Assembly (NCBI GenBank): GCA_001599295.1
Contig: BCGN01000005.1
Coordinates: 806,001-870,000, forward strand
Origin: Sporopachydermia quercuum
Lineage: Eukaryota
Length of the DNA stretch: 64,000 nt
Direction: 5' to 3'
In this document: piece by piece, positions 24,901 to 35,129 of the stretch
Position numbering within the stretch: the first letter of the stretch is position 1
Layout of the letters: each line of letters opens with the position of its first letter
Made by a program: the position numbers and the translations under genes
The notes under the pieces: generated by a model
What the model saw: only the letters and a program-made list of their open reading frames with translations
Told to the model about the DNA's origin: nothing
The model's database searches: none

Positions 24901-25815
24901 AGAGCAACAGCAATAAATCCTGCAGTTCAAACGTTATCATTTGTTACATCATCATCACTTTCAGGTGAATATGTTCGAGTGAAACTATGCTGGTTAAGAG
25001 ATTCCAAGATTATTGTTTCTCCTAGTAGATTTATCTTAGCTGGTGGTGTACCAGTCCCTGTTTGTGTACTCACAGAAACTCAATTACAAGTCTTAACTGA
25101 AGCATTATACAATGGACATGAAATAAGAAATCAATTAACAAAAATCAGTAACATTGCTCAGCTGCAAGAACTGTTAACCAAAATATACATACCGTTGGAT
25201 GAGTTACTGGATTTATTACCATTAAGCATTAATCTAAATCTAGACATTTTCTTCCCAAGCAGAATTGAAGANGAAGAAANTGGTGGATTATGGAGTTCAG
25301 TAACGGATTTGAACAGTTATGTAGATGAAATTCTTGCTGGTGTTTTCAACCATGTTCGTAAATTTAGAGCAGCATCGGACACTGGAAATAATAATGGAAG
25401 TTCTAGATCTCGATCGTTATTGCTCTCATCAAATANTGCAGACGTCTGCACAGTTCTTAATTGGAAACAACCCAATTATCCTGTATTTTTCTCAATGGAA
25501 AGAAACGGTGGTCCAGGCGTTGAGCCTATCAATAAAGCTTCAGGAGGCGGATTAACATCATATGGTTTGGAGCTTCTTACGCCAAGATCATTCAGAGGAG
25601 CTACACAATATGCAATCAAGAATAACCTACTAGGAATAATCTGTGAGGACAATATATTAAAAATGGTTCCAGATTTAGTTGATACAATTAGATCATTTGG
25701 TCTTGTTTTAATAGCTGCCCATTCTACTGACGATCCATCAACAGCGCTACGGTCGGGAGTCAATGGTGTTTTATCAAATGGTGTATTGGTATTTCCTCAG
25801 GCTATAGATATGTAA
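21997..25815 (+). CDS. PHO81: SPX-ankyrin-GDPD-like CDK inhibitor Pho81/NUC-2, 1202 aa, three exons (21997-21998, 22149-22233, 22294-25815)
   Basis: Spliced N-terminus MKFGKYLAARMLDLPEYSSYFIDYKALKKLIK (SPX), then ELEKVNNFY, LNETGFSKVLKKWDKRSKS, ankyrin repeats, IPDLELPPPIIPLRRYGHSFL and CTVLNWKQPNYPVFF. Confidence 0.95.
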
Positions 25816-26429
25816 AAAGTTTGTGTGATAAACAATGTAAATAGTTTAATTCAATAATATTATAATAATTGATNTGATAATCATGTTATGAAACGTACAC
25901 AAGATTCTTTTTGTAGTTGTTTGAGCAGATAACGGAGCCGATGATGATCTCTTAAATTTATTTTGGTTATTTGATTATTTCCGAAATATAGAATATTGCC
26001 CTGTCTTTAGACGGTCCCGAATGTAATTTCGGGTCATTGAGAAATTGACCCAAGTACAATACGTCATAGAGTATAACTGTATTAACTGTAGTAGGTTGCC
26101 TGAAAACAAGTGATAGTAATAAGTAGCACTTGTCTTAATTCAACGAATGACTTGAATTTTCTTTGGTCGAAGATTANCAGGATTAATGAGATCCCTCTTT
26201 CTCCTCGTTAGCTTCCCTAAAAGATTCCAATATACCGCTCTCTCTTTGTCTCTTATCTATCTATATTAACCCATTTTTCGCCCGTTCTAACCTCCTTCTT
26301 TCTTTGAACAAAACTTATTATAAGTTCTAACCTTTTGCATTCAAATGTAACTTTTCCTATCTTATTCTTCTACTTTGTGATCCCCATTTTCCTTCCATCC
26401 ACAGCTCAAATACCCAGAGGACCCTCTAT

Positions 26430-26438
26430 TCACGTGAC
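26430..26438. promoter_or_regulatory. TCACGTGAC, Cbf1/Tye7-type bHLH site
   Basis: Exact GTCACGTGA on the minus strand, about 560 bp upstream of the carrier ATG. Confidence 0.45.
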
Positions 26439-26997
26439 ATGAGGGGCCGATTTCCATACGACCCGAATGCTTCCTTCTGAGCTCTCCAATCAATGAGCTC
26501 GAGCATAATAGATTGTCTATAATACACATTTCTATTATAATCTACCATTATATTACAGTAGATACAGCAGGAATAAAAGGATCACTCTTATCAATCTAGT
26601 AGTTATCATTCTCTCATCCTCAAGTTCTTGTTCAGCACGTTCTACCTCCAAAAACATACGTAAACTAAGTGTATATCCAAGTATTACATTAGTATAATCT
26701 ATCTATCCAGACAGACAGATAGCTCATCAACAGTCAGGCAATTGAATAAGAAACCATCGACAAATCAGAGTCAGGAAAACAAGCCTGATGGTTACAAAAG
26801 AAGGAATAAGATTGAGAAAATAAAGGTTTCTAATGATAGCAGATTGAGCTAGTCCTTTCATTCAATCATTTGCGTTGAAATATCCAGTTAGTAGGTTCGT
26901 GTATAGTAATACTTACTACCACGGCCTATTATTTTACACATTTTACCTGCAAATCAGCAACGGAATTCTTGATCATAGCTCCTTTTTATTCCTTATT

Positions 26998-28077
26998 ATG
27001 TCGTCAACGGAAACTGAAACAAATCTGGCTGTACCAGCTATCACTGGTGACTCAACCGCTCCTAAATTGGTAAAACTACCTGATATACTAGCGCCTTACC
27101 GTTCTACCATAATTGCATATTCCTCATCATTAGTATCAACAACAATAGGCTTCCCCTTAGATTCTATAAAAACTAGACAACAAACTCATAAATATCCTTC
27201 TGTTTTTGCTTGCGTGAAGGATACTATTTCTAATGAAGGCATTAAAGGTTTATATAGAGGTCTATGGGCACCATTATTATCTACATCAGCATCAAGATCA
27301 ATATCGGTCGGAATTTACACAACAAGTAAACCTTTTATGCATTCATTCATTGGAAATATTTACCAACCAGCACATAGCAGTTCTGGCAAAATAGAAATCA
27401 TATTTAAGAACATTCCTGAGGCTTACTTGGCTGGAGCATTAGCAGGAATCTGCGTTTCCACGTTTGCCTGTCCTTTTGAATTTACAAAGCTCTTTTCTCA
27501 AATCGAGCAACTAGTTGTTCGTCATAATTTCAATTCAAACATCACGAAAACCAATCCTGTTTCTTTTGTTCCTGATTCAACTTGGCAAGTATGTAAAAAG
27601 ATTATATCTCATAGAGGGTTCAAAGGATTATATTCAGGATATGGGTTTCAAATAATACGTGATGCCGTTGGAAGTGGGATTTATTATGCTGTTTATGAAA
27701 CCATCAAGCTAGGTTTGGTATATAACAATCCAGAATCTTCTTCATCGCCATCTTCTTCTTCTTCAGGTAGCAATGCTGGCTCAATTGCTGTGTCTGGTGC
27801 TTTGGCAGGTGTCATTTGTTGGTTAGCTGTGTTCCCATTTGATACATTGAAATCGTTGTATCAAAAGAATATTGTCGCTGATATCATCAAACAGACGCAC
27901 CCAGATCTGGCAAATAACGCTGTTGCTGATACTGGTAGTGAATATGCAAAAATCAAAAAANTTTCTCATATTTTCAACAGGAGAATGTACCAGGGAATAG
28001 CAACTTCTGTTGTTAGAACAGCAATCGTTAGCATGACTTTCTTCTCTGGATTTGAGTATCTGTCGAAACTGTTTTGA
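26998..28077 (+). CDS. Mitochondrial carrier family (SLC25) protein, 359 aa, substrate unknown
   Basis: Three PxD/ExxK signatures (PLDSIKTR, PFEFTK, PFDTLKS) plus EGIKGLYRG and GFKGLYSG. First ATG at 26998. Confidence 0.9.
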   Translation: MSSTETETNLAVPAITGDSTAPKLVKLPDILAPYRSTIIAYSSSLVSTTIGFPLDSIKTRQQTHKYPSVFACVKDTISNEGIKGLYRGLWAPLLSTSASRSISVGIYTTSKPFMHSFIGNIYQPAHSSSGKIEIIFKNIPEAYLAGALAGICVSTFACPFEFTKLFSQIEQLVVRHNFNSNITKTNPVSFVPDSTWQVCKKIISHRGFKGLYSGYGFQIIRDAVGSGIYYAVYETIKLGLVYNNPESSSSPSSSSSGSNAGSIAVSGALAGVICWLAVFPFDTLKSLYQKNIVADIIKQTHPDLANNAVADTGSEYAKIKKXSHIFNRRMYQGIATSVVRTAIVSMTFFSGFEYLSKLF

Positions 28078-28786
28078 TAAGAAAGTTATTTGTAGTATCT
28101 GGTGAAATATGTACAGCTGGTGAGGATTCGATTCAGCTTGATAAACATAAACGTAAGGTGCAATGCGGTCAATTGGAACATTGAAACCAGAATTTTGAAG
28201 AGAAAATGATGGTATAACAAGACGAAATACCGTTAGTGTATGTACAGCAATGGAAGATGTTAGAATTGTTGAGGACTATTTTTGACGATTAGAAGGATCA
28301 AAAGAAAGTTAGCAATAAACAATTCTTGGGATTAATTTGGGGAGAACAAGCAACGAGAACAGCCTATTAATAATTGTCACATAGATCATATTAGTATTCT
28401 CAGCTTATTTATTTATCTAATACTGATTGTATTTGAATGTATTTATCTAATAGAATATTTATTAGGAATTCTATGAAGTAGAATANTTCTTGTATATATA
28501 TATACAAATGAACTTATAACTTTACAAATAGTGAATTCAAATGAATAGTGAAATTATCTGGAATGTCTATCTTACGGTATCCCAAACACACACTCAATTT
28601 AAATAAAGCATATATACATACAGTAAGTATATAGCATAATTTGATATAATACATTGGTAAACAGTTTGATATCTAGCTGAACAAAAATAGATAAAATCAT
28701 TAGGAACTTGTAAAATAAAATAACAACAAAGGATACTAATGAAAGCTCATTTGCCAGAAATATAATACAATTAATTCATCATAATA

Positions 28787-31700
28787 CTATACATGTTTAG
28801 AAGGGTCCAAATCTCTGATGACTTTCCCACTCCGAAGAATATGTCGAGGCGGTGTCAATTCTTTTAGCTTCCCTTCCTCTTCCGCTTCCCCTTCCGATTC
28901 TGATGCCAACTCTGTCTCCGCCTCCGATTCTCTATTGGTGAAGGGATTGGTATCTCCGTTATTCTTTATTAACTTCTCCGGTTTAGGATTACCTTCTGCG
29001 GTCTCAGTCACACCATCGTTTCCTTCTTCTTCTTCCTCTTTCTCAGCTTTACTACCAGTAGATACTGTCGATCTTTTACCTCTTCCTCCTCTTCCTCTTC
29101 CTCTTCCTCTTCCTCTTCCTCTTCTACCTCGTGCCCCTCTTCCACGCGTTGAATGTTTCGGCTCGCTTATAATAACTTCTGGCGATGGTGACTTAGCCGA
29201 AGTTGATTCTTCTTTATCGGGATAAACCTCAGCTATAGTATGCTCGGCTTCTCTGACAATGTCAGCATTTTCTTCCATTTGGTGTTCCGATTCGCTTTCC
29301 GTATTTCCCTCCAAATTATCTTCTTGTTCCTCTGCTTCCTCATCTGTATCGAATTTGTTATGATATTGTTTATGCAAGCCCAAGTCAACTTCAGAGTTAA
29401 CTTTCAATCCAGTCTCCGCTTCTGGTGCAGAAGTTTGTGTCTTCTCTTCTTCGGATTCATTTCCAATCGTATTTTCTTCCCGAAGTTCCCAAGATACTTT
29501 TACAGGTTTCGGTTCCAGTTCTGCTTCCGATTCATCCTCTGCCTTAGATTCAGCATTAGATTCATCATGATTCTCCTGTTCTTCATCGGAAACTACAATT
29601 TTTGACTGTAAGTCTGACAGAACATTTGAAGTTGAGACGTTTGATTTGAACTGTTCATCTTCCGGCTTTTCAGTTTCCTCTTCAACCTCAATTTCATAGT
29701 CGGAGATTTCTTCCTTCTGTTTTTGTTCTTGTTCCCTATCGTCATTACCATTTCTGTTATTATCAATATCAGATGCATCCATCNTTTCCGCTTTATCATC
29801 TGAGTCTTTAATTGAAATACTTGATTGACAAATTCCTATCTGGTTTAAATCACTTGCATTGTTAATACTATTGTTTCCGGTATTAATAACAACATTAGGA
29901 TTGTGATCGGATGCATCCTCTCCGGTATGACGAGCGTCTTCCATAACAACATCACCTCCACTATTGTATGGATTAGTCTCTTGATGTGCCAAAACTGGCT
30001 GTGGGATNTTATTGATAGCCATCAAAGCGAAATTTAGACCATTTGGAGGAGAAGTAAGTGTACTATTGGTTATTACTGTTTTTGTTGAATGAGATGGGAC
30101 CTCTGATAAGTTCTCTAACGCTTCATCGGATAGCTCTTCCGGTTTTACTTCCAATTCCACTTCTACAACATGTTCAGGTTCAACTAAGGTTTCTGTTTCT
30201 CTTATTATCTCTGCTTTGCTTTCTATTGATATGAATTCAATTGTTTCCGATATATCGCCAGGCTGCGATTCAGAAATTTCAGCATCTAGATTGCCTTCTC
30301 CGCTATTTTCTTCCCCACCATCAACTTCGTTTATAATAGCATCAGAACTACATTTGTCGTCTCCGTTTTCCCCTTTTTCCACGTNTGATTTCCAAGGAGA
30401 AACTGATCCTCGATTGACATTTTCAGATTCGTTCGAAGCCATGTCCCTATTACCATATGATTCATGCGTCAATTCAACTTCACTTTCGGACTCAACTACC
30501 GAATGAGCCCTTCCTGAATGTGTTTCCAGTTGCTCTTGCTCCCATTCTTCTTGTGATTCTTTTTGTGATTCTTTCTCCGCTTCTTGCTCCGATTCTTCAA
30601 GAGGAATACTATCGGGAATAATTCCAGAGTACTGTTCCACTGTTTGATCCAAAATCTGCTTCAAAACGGTTTCCGAATTATCAGCCATCACAGCTATATC
30701 TTCGATTTCCACTCCCTGCTGTCTAATTCTATGTTCATTTATTTCTTCCGTTATTGGTCTTATACCTTCCGATTTCTGTAAATTTCCATATGCTTCAGAT
30801 TGATTAATTTGATCATAAACTTCAACCGGCATTATTATAGTTTCCGTTCTTTCTGTTGCTTGCAAATCATTAGCTTCTGTGTTTCTTGACATTTGATCAT
30901 CGTTAACTTCAACTGGTGTTATCTCCGCAATTTCTTCCGAAGTATATTCAATATTATTGATGCTTTGTTCTTCGTCAACCTTCATCGAATCTTCTATAGT
31001 ATTATTTTCTTCAATTTCAAGATCATCTCTGGAATCGCATGGTAAATCAGATTCCTGTTCAGCTTGAGAACCTGACTCGATCAGTACTTCAGCTTCAACC
31101 TCAGCTTTCGAAGCTACTTTGGTTTCTCTTCCACGTACTTCTGTCTCAACATCCGACTCTTCGGATCCCTCGGCTTGTTCTGATTCTTCCGAATTGACAT
31201 CCAACTCGGAACCTATTTNCATATTTCCTTGTCCTAAAATATCAGCCTCTAGTTTTATCTCTTCTACTTCTTCTTCTTCTTCTTCTTTATTATAATTAGA
31301 CTCCGTAATCATATCTACATCTGAAGTTTCCTCTACTTCGATTTCCACTATTTTGGCTGCCANCACTTCTGCTTCCTCTAATTCGACAGATTCAGCTTCT
31401 TCCTCTTCAATATTTTCATCATCTACGGTATTGCCAGTGTCCGCTTGTCGGTTAACTTGTTGAGTTGATATGATTTCCGTGACTGTTTCAAAGGTTTCTT
31501 TCTTTTCCCTATTATTTCTGCNTTGAGATAAATGTGAAAGCATATCAACATCTTCAGAAAGCAGTTCTGTGGTTTTTAAACTTTCTTTTTCGTGTGGAAA
31601 TGTATTTTTCTGTTCGGTATCCACTATGGTTTCTGATATAGCTTCCGTTGTTTTCTCCGTTATTTTCTCCGTTTCCACTATTTGTAAATCTTCTTCAGCT

Positions 31701-33943
31701 AGTAAATCAAAATCCTTTCCGGTATTGTTATCTTCTCCCGAATCTTCTCGGACAGTAGCACCAGCGGTTTTAGCAATGTCATCGTTTCTATTTTCAGGAT
31801 TGTAAATCGAAACGGGACCTTCGACTTTATCATCAGCATCATTCATATTCTCATCATTTTCGGTTACCTTGCCTTCCTTGTCTTCTATAATACTATTATT
31901 TCCAACTTGATTATCTTCAACTATATCANCTGATTGTTCACGATGAAATTCATGTGATTCTGGTGAGTTGTTACTTGCATTCTCAATGTCCGTACCAACC
32001 ATCACTTCTGATTCGTTAGATTGTGGCTGTGATCCTACTATGATTTCCGATTTATCCTGAGTTTCTGTTCCCGCTTCCGTTTTTTCTTCTGCACTGCTCA
32101 TCGTTTCACCCTCTTCGCCCATCAATACGTTTTCAGCATTGATAGTAGAAAATGCCAACTGTTGTATTTCACTTTCAGAAAGGACGGGGACAGAAATCTC
32201 CTCCATGTCTATATCAAACAAAGCAGAATCTATTTGATCATTAGCCACAGTTTGTTGGAAGTTTGTTTCCAATTCTTCTTTGGAGTCAATTTCATTCTGA
32301 ATTTCTTTTTCCAGTTCATTTTCCTCATCATCAAAGTCACTTTTTTCTTCTTCTTCCTCTTCATCTTCCTCTTCTTCTTCCTCAGAAAACGCTTCTTGTT
32401 CATTAGGAGGATAACTAGAAGGATTTGAAATGTGTGATAGCTGAAGGTCATCATGTAGCTGTAGCTGTGTATGATACATTGATTGGGCGGCATAATTACT
32501 NTTAATTAACGATGGTTTATTTGGCAGAGTACATTGAGAATTAATGAGAGAATGCCGTAGCTGTGTTTGAAATGCCAAAATATGTTCTTCGTCGTCACTT
32601 TGGTGAGATTCGTCAGAGTGAGAATCATTTTCTCCAGAATACTCGTCTTCACTATCGTCTCCATTTCCTTCTACTGATTCTTCGTCTTCTTCCGCCCCTT
32701 CTTCTTCTTCATCAGAGTCAAGAATACTTATGACGTTATTTGAAGATAGTCCTGGTTCAATATTTACGTTGTTTCCATTTTCTTTTTCTTCAAATTCTTC
32801 AGATTCTCCACTTTCGTTTTCATTTTCATCATCCTCATCCTCTATGTCTTCCACTTCCTCACCATCGCTTTCATCATCGTTCTGTTGACCAAAATTATGG
32901 TTAAAGCTGCTATCTACTGCCAGCGTATCCATAAGCCGAGGTTTATTTGTTACTGGACGATTCAGTGAATTTGCACCAGGGAGCTCAAGATTCCTGAAGA
33001 TGTTCTCCTCATCTTCAACATACTCATCTCCTTCTTCTCCGTTATCTTCCTCATACTCTTCCTCATACTCTTCTTCTTCTTTGCTTTTTTCACTTTCAAC
33101 TTCTTCATCTTCCGCTTCTCTAGCTTCTGCGGTTTCTTTTATAGATTCGCCAAAAAGCTCCTCATCAATCTCTTCAGCAAACATTTCATGATTACGATCT
33201 TCAATTGATTCGTCGACAACAGGCGTTTGCTCTTCCTCTTCAATGAATACGTCGTGCACCTTATCGCCAGTNCCCATGAATTCATCTTGTTCGTCAATGC
33301 CATTACCAGCTTCTGTTATATCCTCATTTTCTGGTGATTCATTAAACCTTCGAAAATCATCTCCAACATAAGTATTATTAAGGACCGAGAACTCATTACT
33401 ACGGTTATAGTTTTCAGGCTGAAATTCACCACCCTCTTCTTCTTCTTCTTCTTCTTCTTCTTCTTCTTCTTCTTCTTCTTCACTATCCGCTTCTTCTTGT
33501 TCTATCTTTACATCTCCTTCATTATCACCGTCATCACCATAGTTTTCACTGTTCTCTTTTTTCACTCTTTTATATTGACTATTGAAAGTATCATCACCAT
33601 AATCCATTGATTGATTTGCTAGATCTAATATTCGTTTGCGAGCTTTCTGAGTTTCCTCGTTAATACTAGAAGTTCTCACTTGCAGCTCTCTTATTTCTTC
33701 TTCATGTTTCCTTAATGCTTCTGCTTCTTTCACTCGTTCCCTTTCTAATATAGCTCCAAGTTTCTGGAATTCGCTCACNCGAGGGCTATAAAGTAATTCT
33801 TGCTCTTCTTTCAGCTTTTTCAGCTTCAAAAGAAACAATTCATCTTCCTTTGCTGAGTTTTCTAACGTTTTCCTAGCCCGTTCTTTTATCGAATGAAGCC
33901 ATGACAACAGCCCTGTCGAAGATTTACTTTCTTCCTGGGACAT
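28787..33943 (-). CDS. ESC1: Esc1-like very large acidic nuclear-periphery protein, 1718 aa
   Basis: Very E/D-rich, with size similar to S. cerevisiae Esc1. N-terminal LLSWLHSIKERARKTLENSAKEDELF matches the recalled Esc1 segment ALSWVDSLINRGKSILTTLEKEDALF. Divergent from TRS130, as YMR219W is from YMR218C. Confidence 0.72.
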   Translation of the reverse strand: MSQEESKSSTGLLSWLHSIKERARKTLENSAKEDELFLLKLKKLKEEQELLYSPXVSEFQKLGAILERERVKEAEALRKHEEEIRELQVRTSSINEETQKARKRILDLANQSMDYGDDTFNSQYKRVKKENSENYGDDGDNEGDVKIEQEEADSEEEEEEEEEEEEEEEEGGEFQPENYNRSNEFSVLNNTYVGDDFRRFNESPENEDITEAGNGIDEQDEFMXTGDKVHDVFIEEEEQTPVVDESIEDRNHEMFAEEIDEELFGESIKETAEAREAEDEEVESEKSKEEEEYEEEYEEDNGEEGDEYVEDEENIFRNLELPGANSLNRPVTNKPRLMDTLAVDSSFNHNFGQQNDDESDGEEVEDIEDEDDENENESGESEEFEEKENGNNVNIEPGLSSNNVISILDSDEEEEGAEEDEESVEGNGDDSEDEYSGENDSHSDESHQSDDEEHILAFQTQLRHSLINSQCTLPNKPSLIXSNYAAQSMYHTQLQLHDDLQLSHISNPSSYPPNEQEAFSEEEEEEDEEEEEEKSDFDDEENELEKEIQNEIDSKEELETNFQQTVANDQIDSALFDIDMEEISVPVLSESEIQQLAFSTINAENVLMGEEGETMSSAEEKTEAGTETQDKSEIIVGSQPQSNESEVMVGTDIENASNNSPESHEFHREQSXDIVEDNQVGNNSIIEDKEGKVTENDENMNDADDKVEGPVSIYNPENRNDDIAKTAGATVREDSGEDNNTGKDFDLLAEEDLQIVETEKITEKTTEAISETIVDTEQKNTFPHEKESLKTTELLSEDVDMLSHLSQXRNNREKKETFETVTEIISTQQVNRQADTGNTVDDENIEEEEAESVELEEAEVXAAKIVEIEVEETSDVDMITESNYNKEEEEEEVEEIKLEADILGQGNMXIGSELDVNSEESEQAEGSEESDVETEVRGRETKVASKAEVEAEVLIESGSQAEQESDLPCDSRDDLEIEENNTIEDSMKVDEEQSINNIEYTSEEIAEITPVEVNDDQMSRNTEANDLQATERTETIIMPVEVYDQINQSEAYGNLQKSEGIRPITEEINEHRIRQQGVEIEDIAVMADNSETVLKQILDQTVEQYSGIIPDSIPLEESEQEAEKESQKESQEEWEQEQLETHSGRAHSVVESESEVELTHESYGNRDMASNESENVNRGSVSPWKSXVEKGENGDDKCSSDAIINEVDGGEENSGEGNLDAEISESQPGDISETIEFISIESKAEIIRETETLVEPEHVVEVELEVKPEELSDEALENLSEVPSHSTKTVITNSTLTSPPNGLNFALMAINXIPQPVLAHQETNPYNSGGDVVMEDARHTGEDASDHNPNVVINTGNNSINNASDLNQIGICQSSISIKDSDDKAEXMDASDIDNNRNGNDDREQEQKQKEEISDYEIEVEEETEKPEDEQFKSNVSTSNVLSDLQSKIVVSDEEQENHDESNAESKAEDESEAELEPKPVKVSWELREENTIGNESEEEKTQTSAPEAETGLKVNSEVDLGLHKQYHNKFDTDEEAEEQEDNLEGNTESESEHQMEENADIVREAEHTIAEVYPDKEESTSAKSPSPEVIISEPKHSTRGRGARGRRGRGRGRGRGRGGRGKRSTVSTGSKAEKEEEEEGNDGVTETAEGNPKPEKLIKNNGDTNPFTNRESEAETELASESEGEAEEEGKLKELTPPRHILRSGKVIRDLDPSKHV
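29079..29146. repeat. (CCTCTT)n hexamer repeat encoding an RG tract
   Basis: Minus-strand translation RGRGARGRRGRGRGRGRGRGGRG. Confidence 0.85.
33435..33481. repeat. (TTC)n microsatellite encoding poly-Glu
   Basis: About 15 TTC units inside the ESC1-like CDS. Confidence 0.95.
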
Positions 33944-34181
33944 ATTCTGTGATACTGTGTACTATGCTACCAATGGTAAATCCAGAAGACAACGTAGTAG
34001 GATTTCAGAGCTTTGATGGCTTCTCAATACCTTTTCAAGTAAGGATTGACAAGGATGCTTACTTAAATCTTGTGGATGAGAATCAGGATTGTTTGTGATT
34101 GTTTGATAGTTGTTANAGGTTCTGTAAATGAGAGTGTCTTATTTGTGATTACGTTATCATATACTGATGATGCCGTGAGCA

Positions 34182-34190
34182 ATCACGTGA
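34182..34190. promoter_or_regulatory. ATCACGTGA, Cbf1-type site in the ESC1/TRS130 divergent promoter
   Basis: Exact RTCACGTG match about 240 bp upstream of the ESC1-like ATG. Confidence 0.45.
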
Positions 34191-35129
34191 AGAGAGGAAC
34201 TAAGTATGTTTGGTNAATAGAGCATTAATTCAATATTCAGGCTGAACGAAAAATTGGGAGAGAAAAGCAAAAATCTGTGATGAATGACAAGGATGATATT
34301 TGGAGTAGTTTGATTTCTCGTTTAGAGTAAATATCATAAACTGTAATCGATGAAATGAGATGAGATGAGATGAGATGAATAGTTGCTTATTGATATTTCG
34401 GAAAAGATACTGGGTGAAAATGGTGAAATATATGCAAGACGGAATAGATAACAAAAAAGTTTACCATTGAGAGAAAATGTAAATGTNTTCAAGGNCGGGT
34501 TAATAGGATATGCCTGATTTTGGCATCTTAAAATTTATTGTTGACATTGAATAACCAGTTTTATGATTTTAATTCATTAGTTCGACTCCCAGTTAAAGTA
34601 GTAAATTTCTCCAAGAAGAAATCAATCACCGTTTTGGCTTATCATTTCCGATGTTTCTTATCTCTTCCCAACTCACACTACAACTAATCTACTATCAAAT
34701 ACAACATAAACAATCAGGTCTTAGCATGCATTTCTTTCAATCTCTTTTAAGATAAATCTATCTATTCACAACTTCACGAAAATCCCTTCTTGAACAATTC
34801 CGCTTGATTTCTCTTAACTTGCTCTTCTTATTTCAACACTGTTCTTCCATTCCACAACATTTCCGCTCTGACCATCTCAAAACCTAATCTCCTATATCAT
34901 CTCCGTAATTCCTGCTTCTTAATTCATCATTCAATTCTTCTTCCTTTTAAGAAATAACAATTAACAACTTACACACTATTAACATTCAATTTGCTTTCTC
35001 GTCTATTAATCCGTCAAAACAACATATGACAGTACTTTTCTTGGATATCAACTACTCAAATCTCTTCTCAAAACAATTCCTTGCATTCACCAATACTCAG
35101 GTCTTGAGAATTAATCATATCTATCCACA

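Noticed and set aside
34355..34378. (ATGAG)4 run as tandem PAC elements
   Set aside because: Explained by a simple pentanucleotide microsatellite, and the flanking genes are not known Ribi targets.
34580..34592. GTTCGACTCCC B-box-like motif as part of a tRNA
   Set aside because: No A-box or cloverleaf stems around it.
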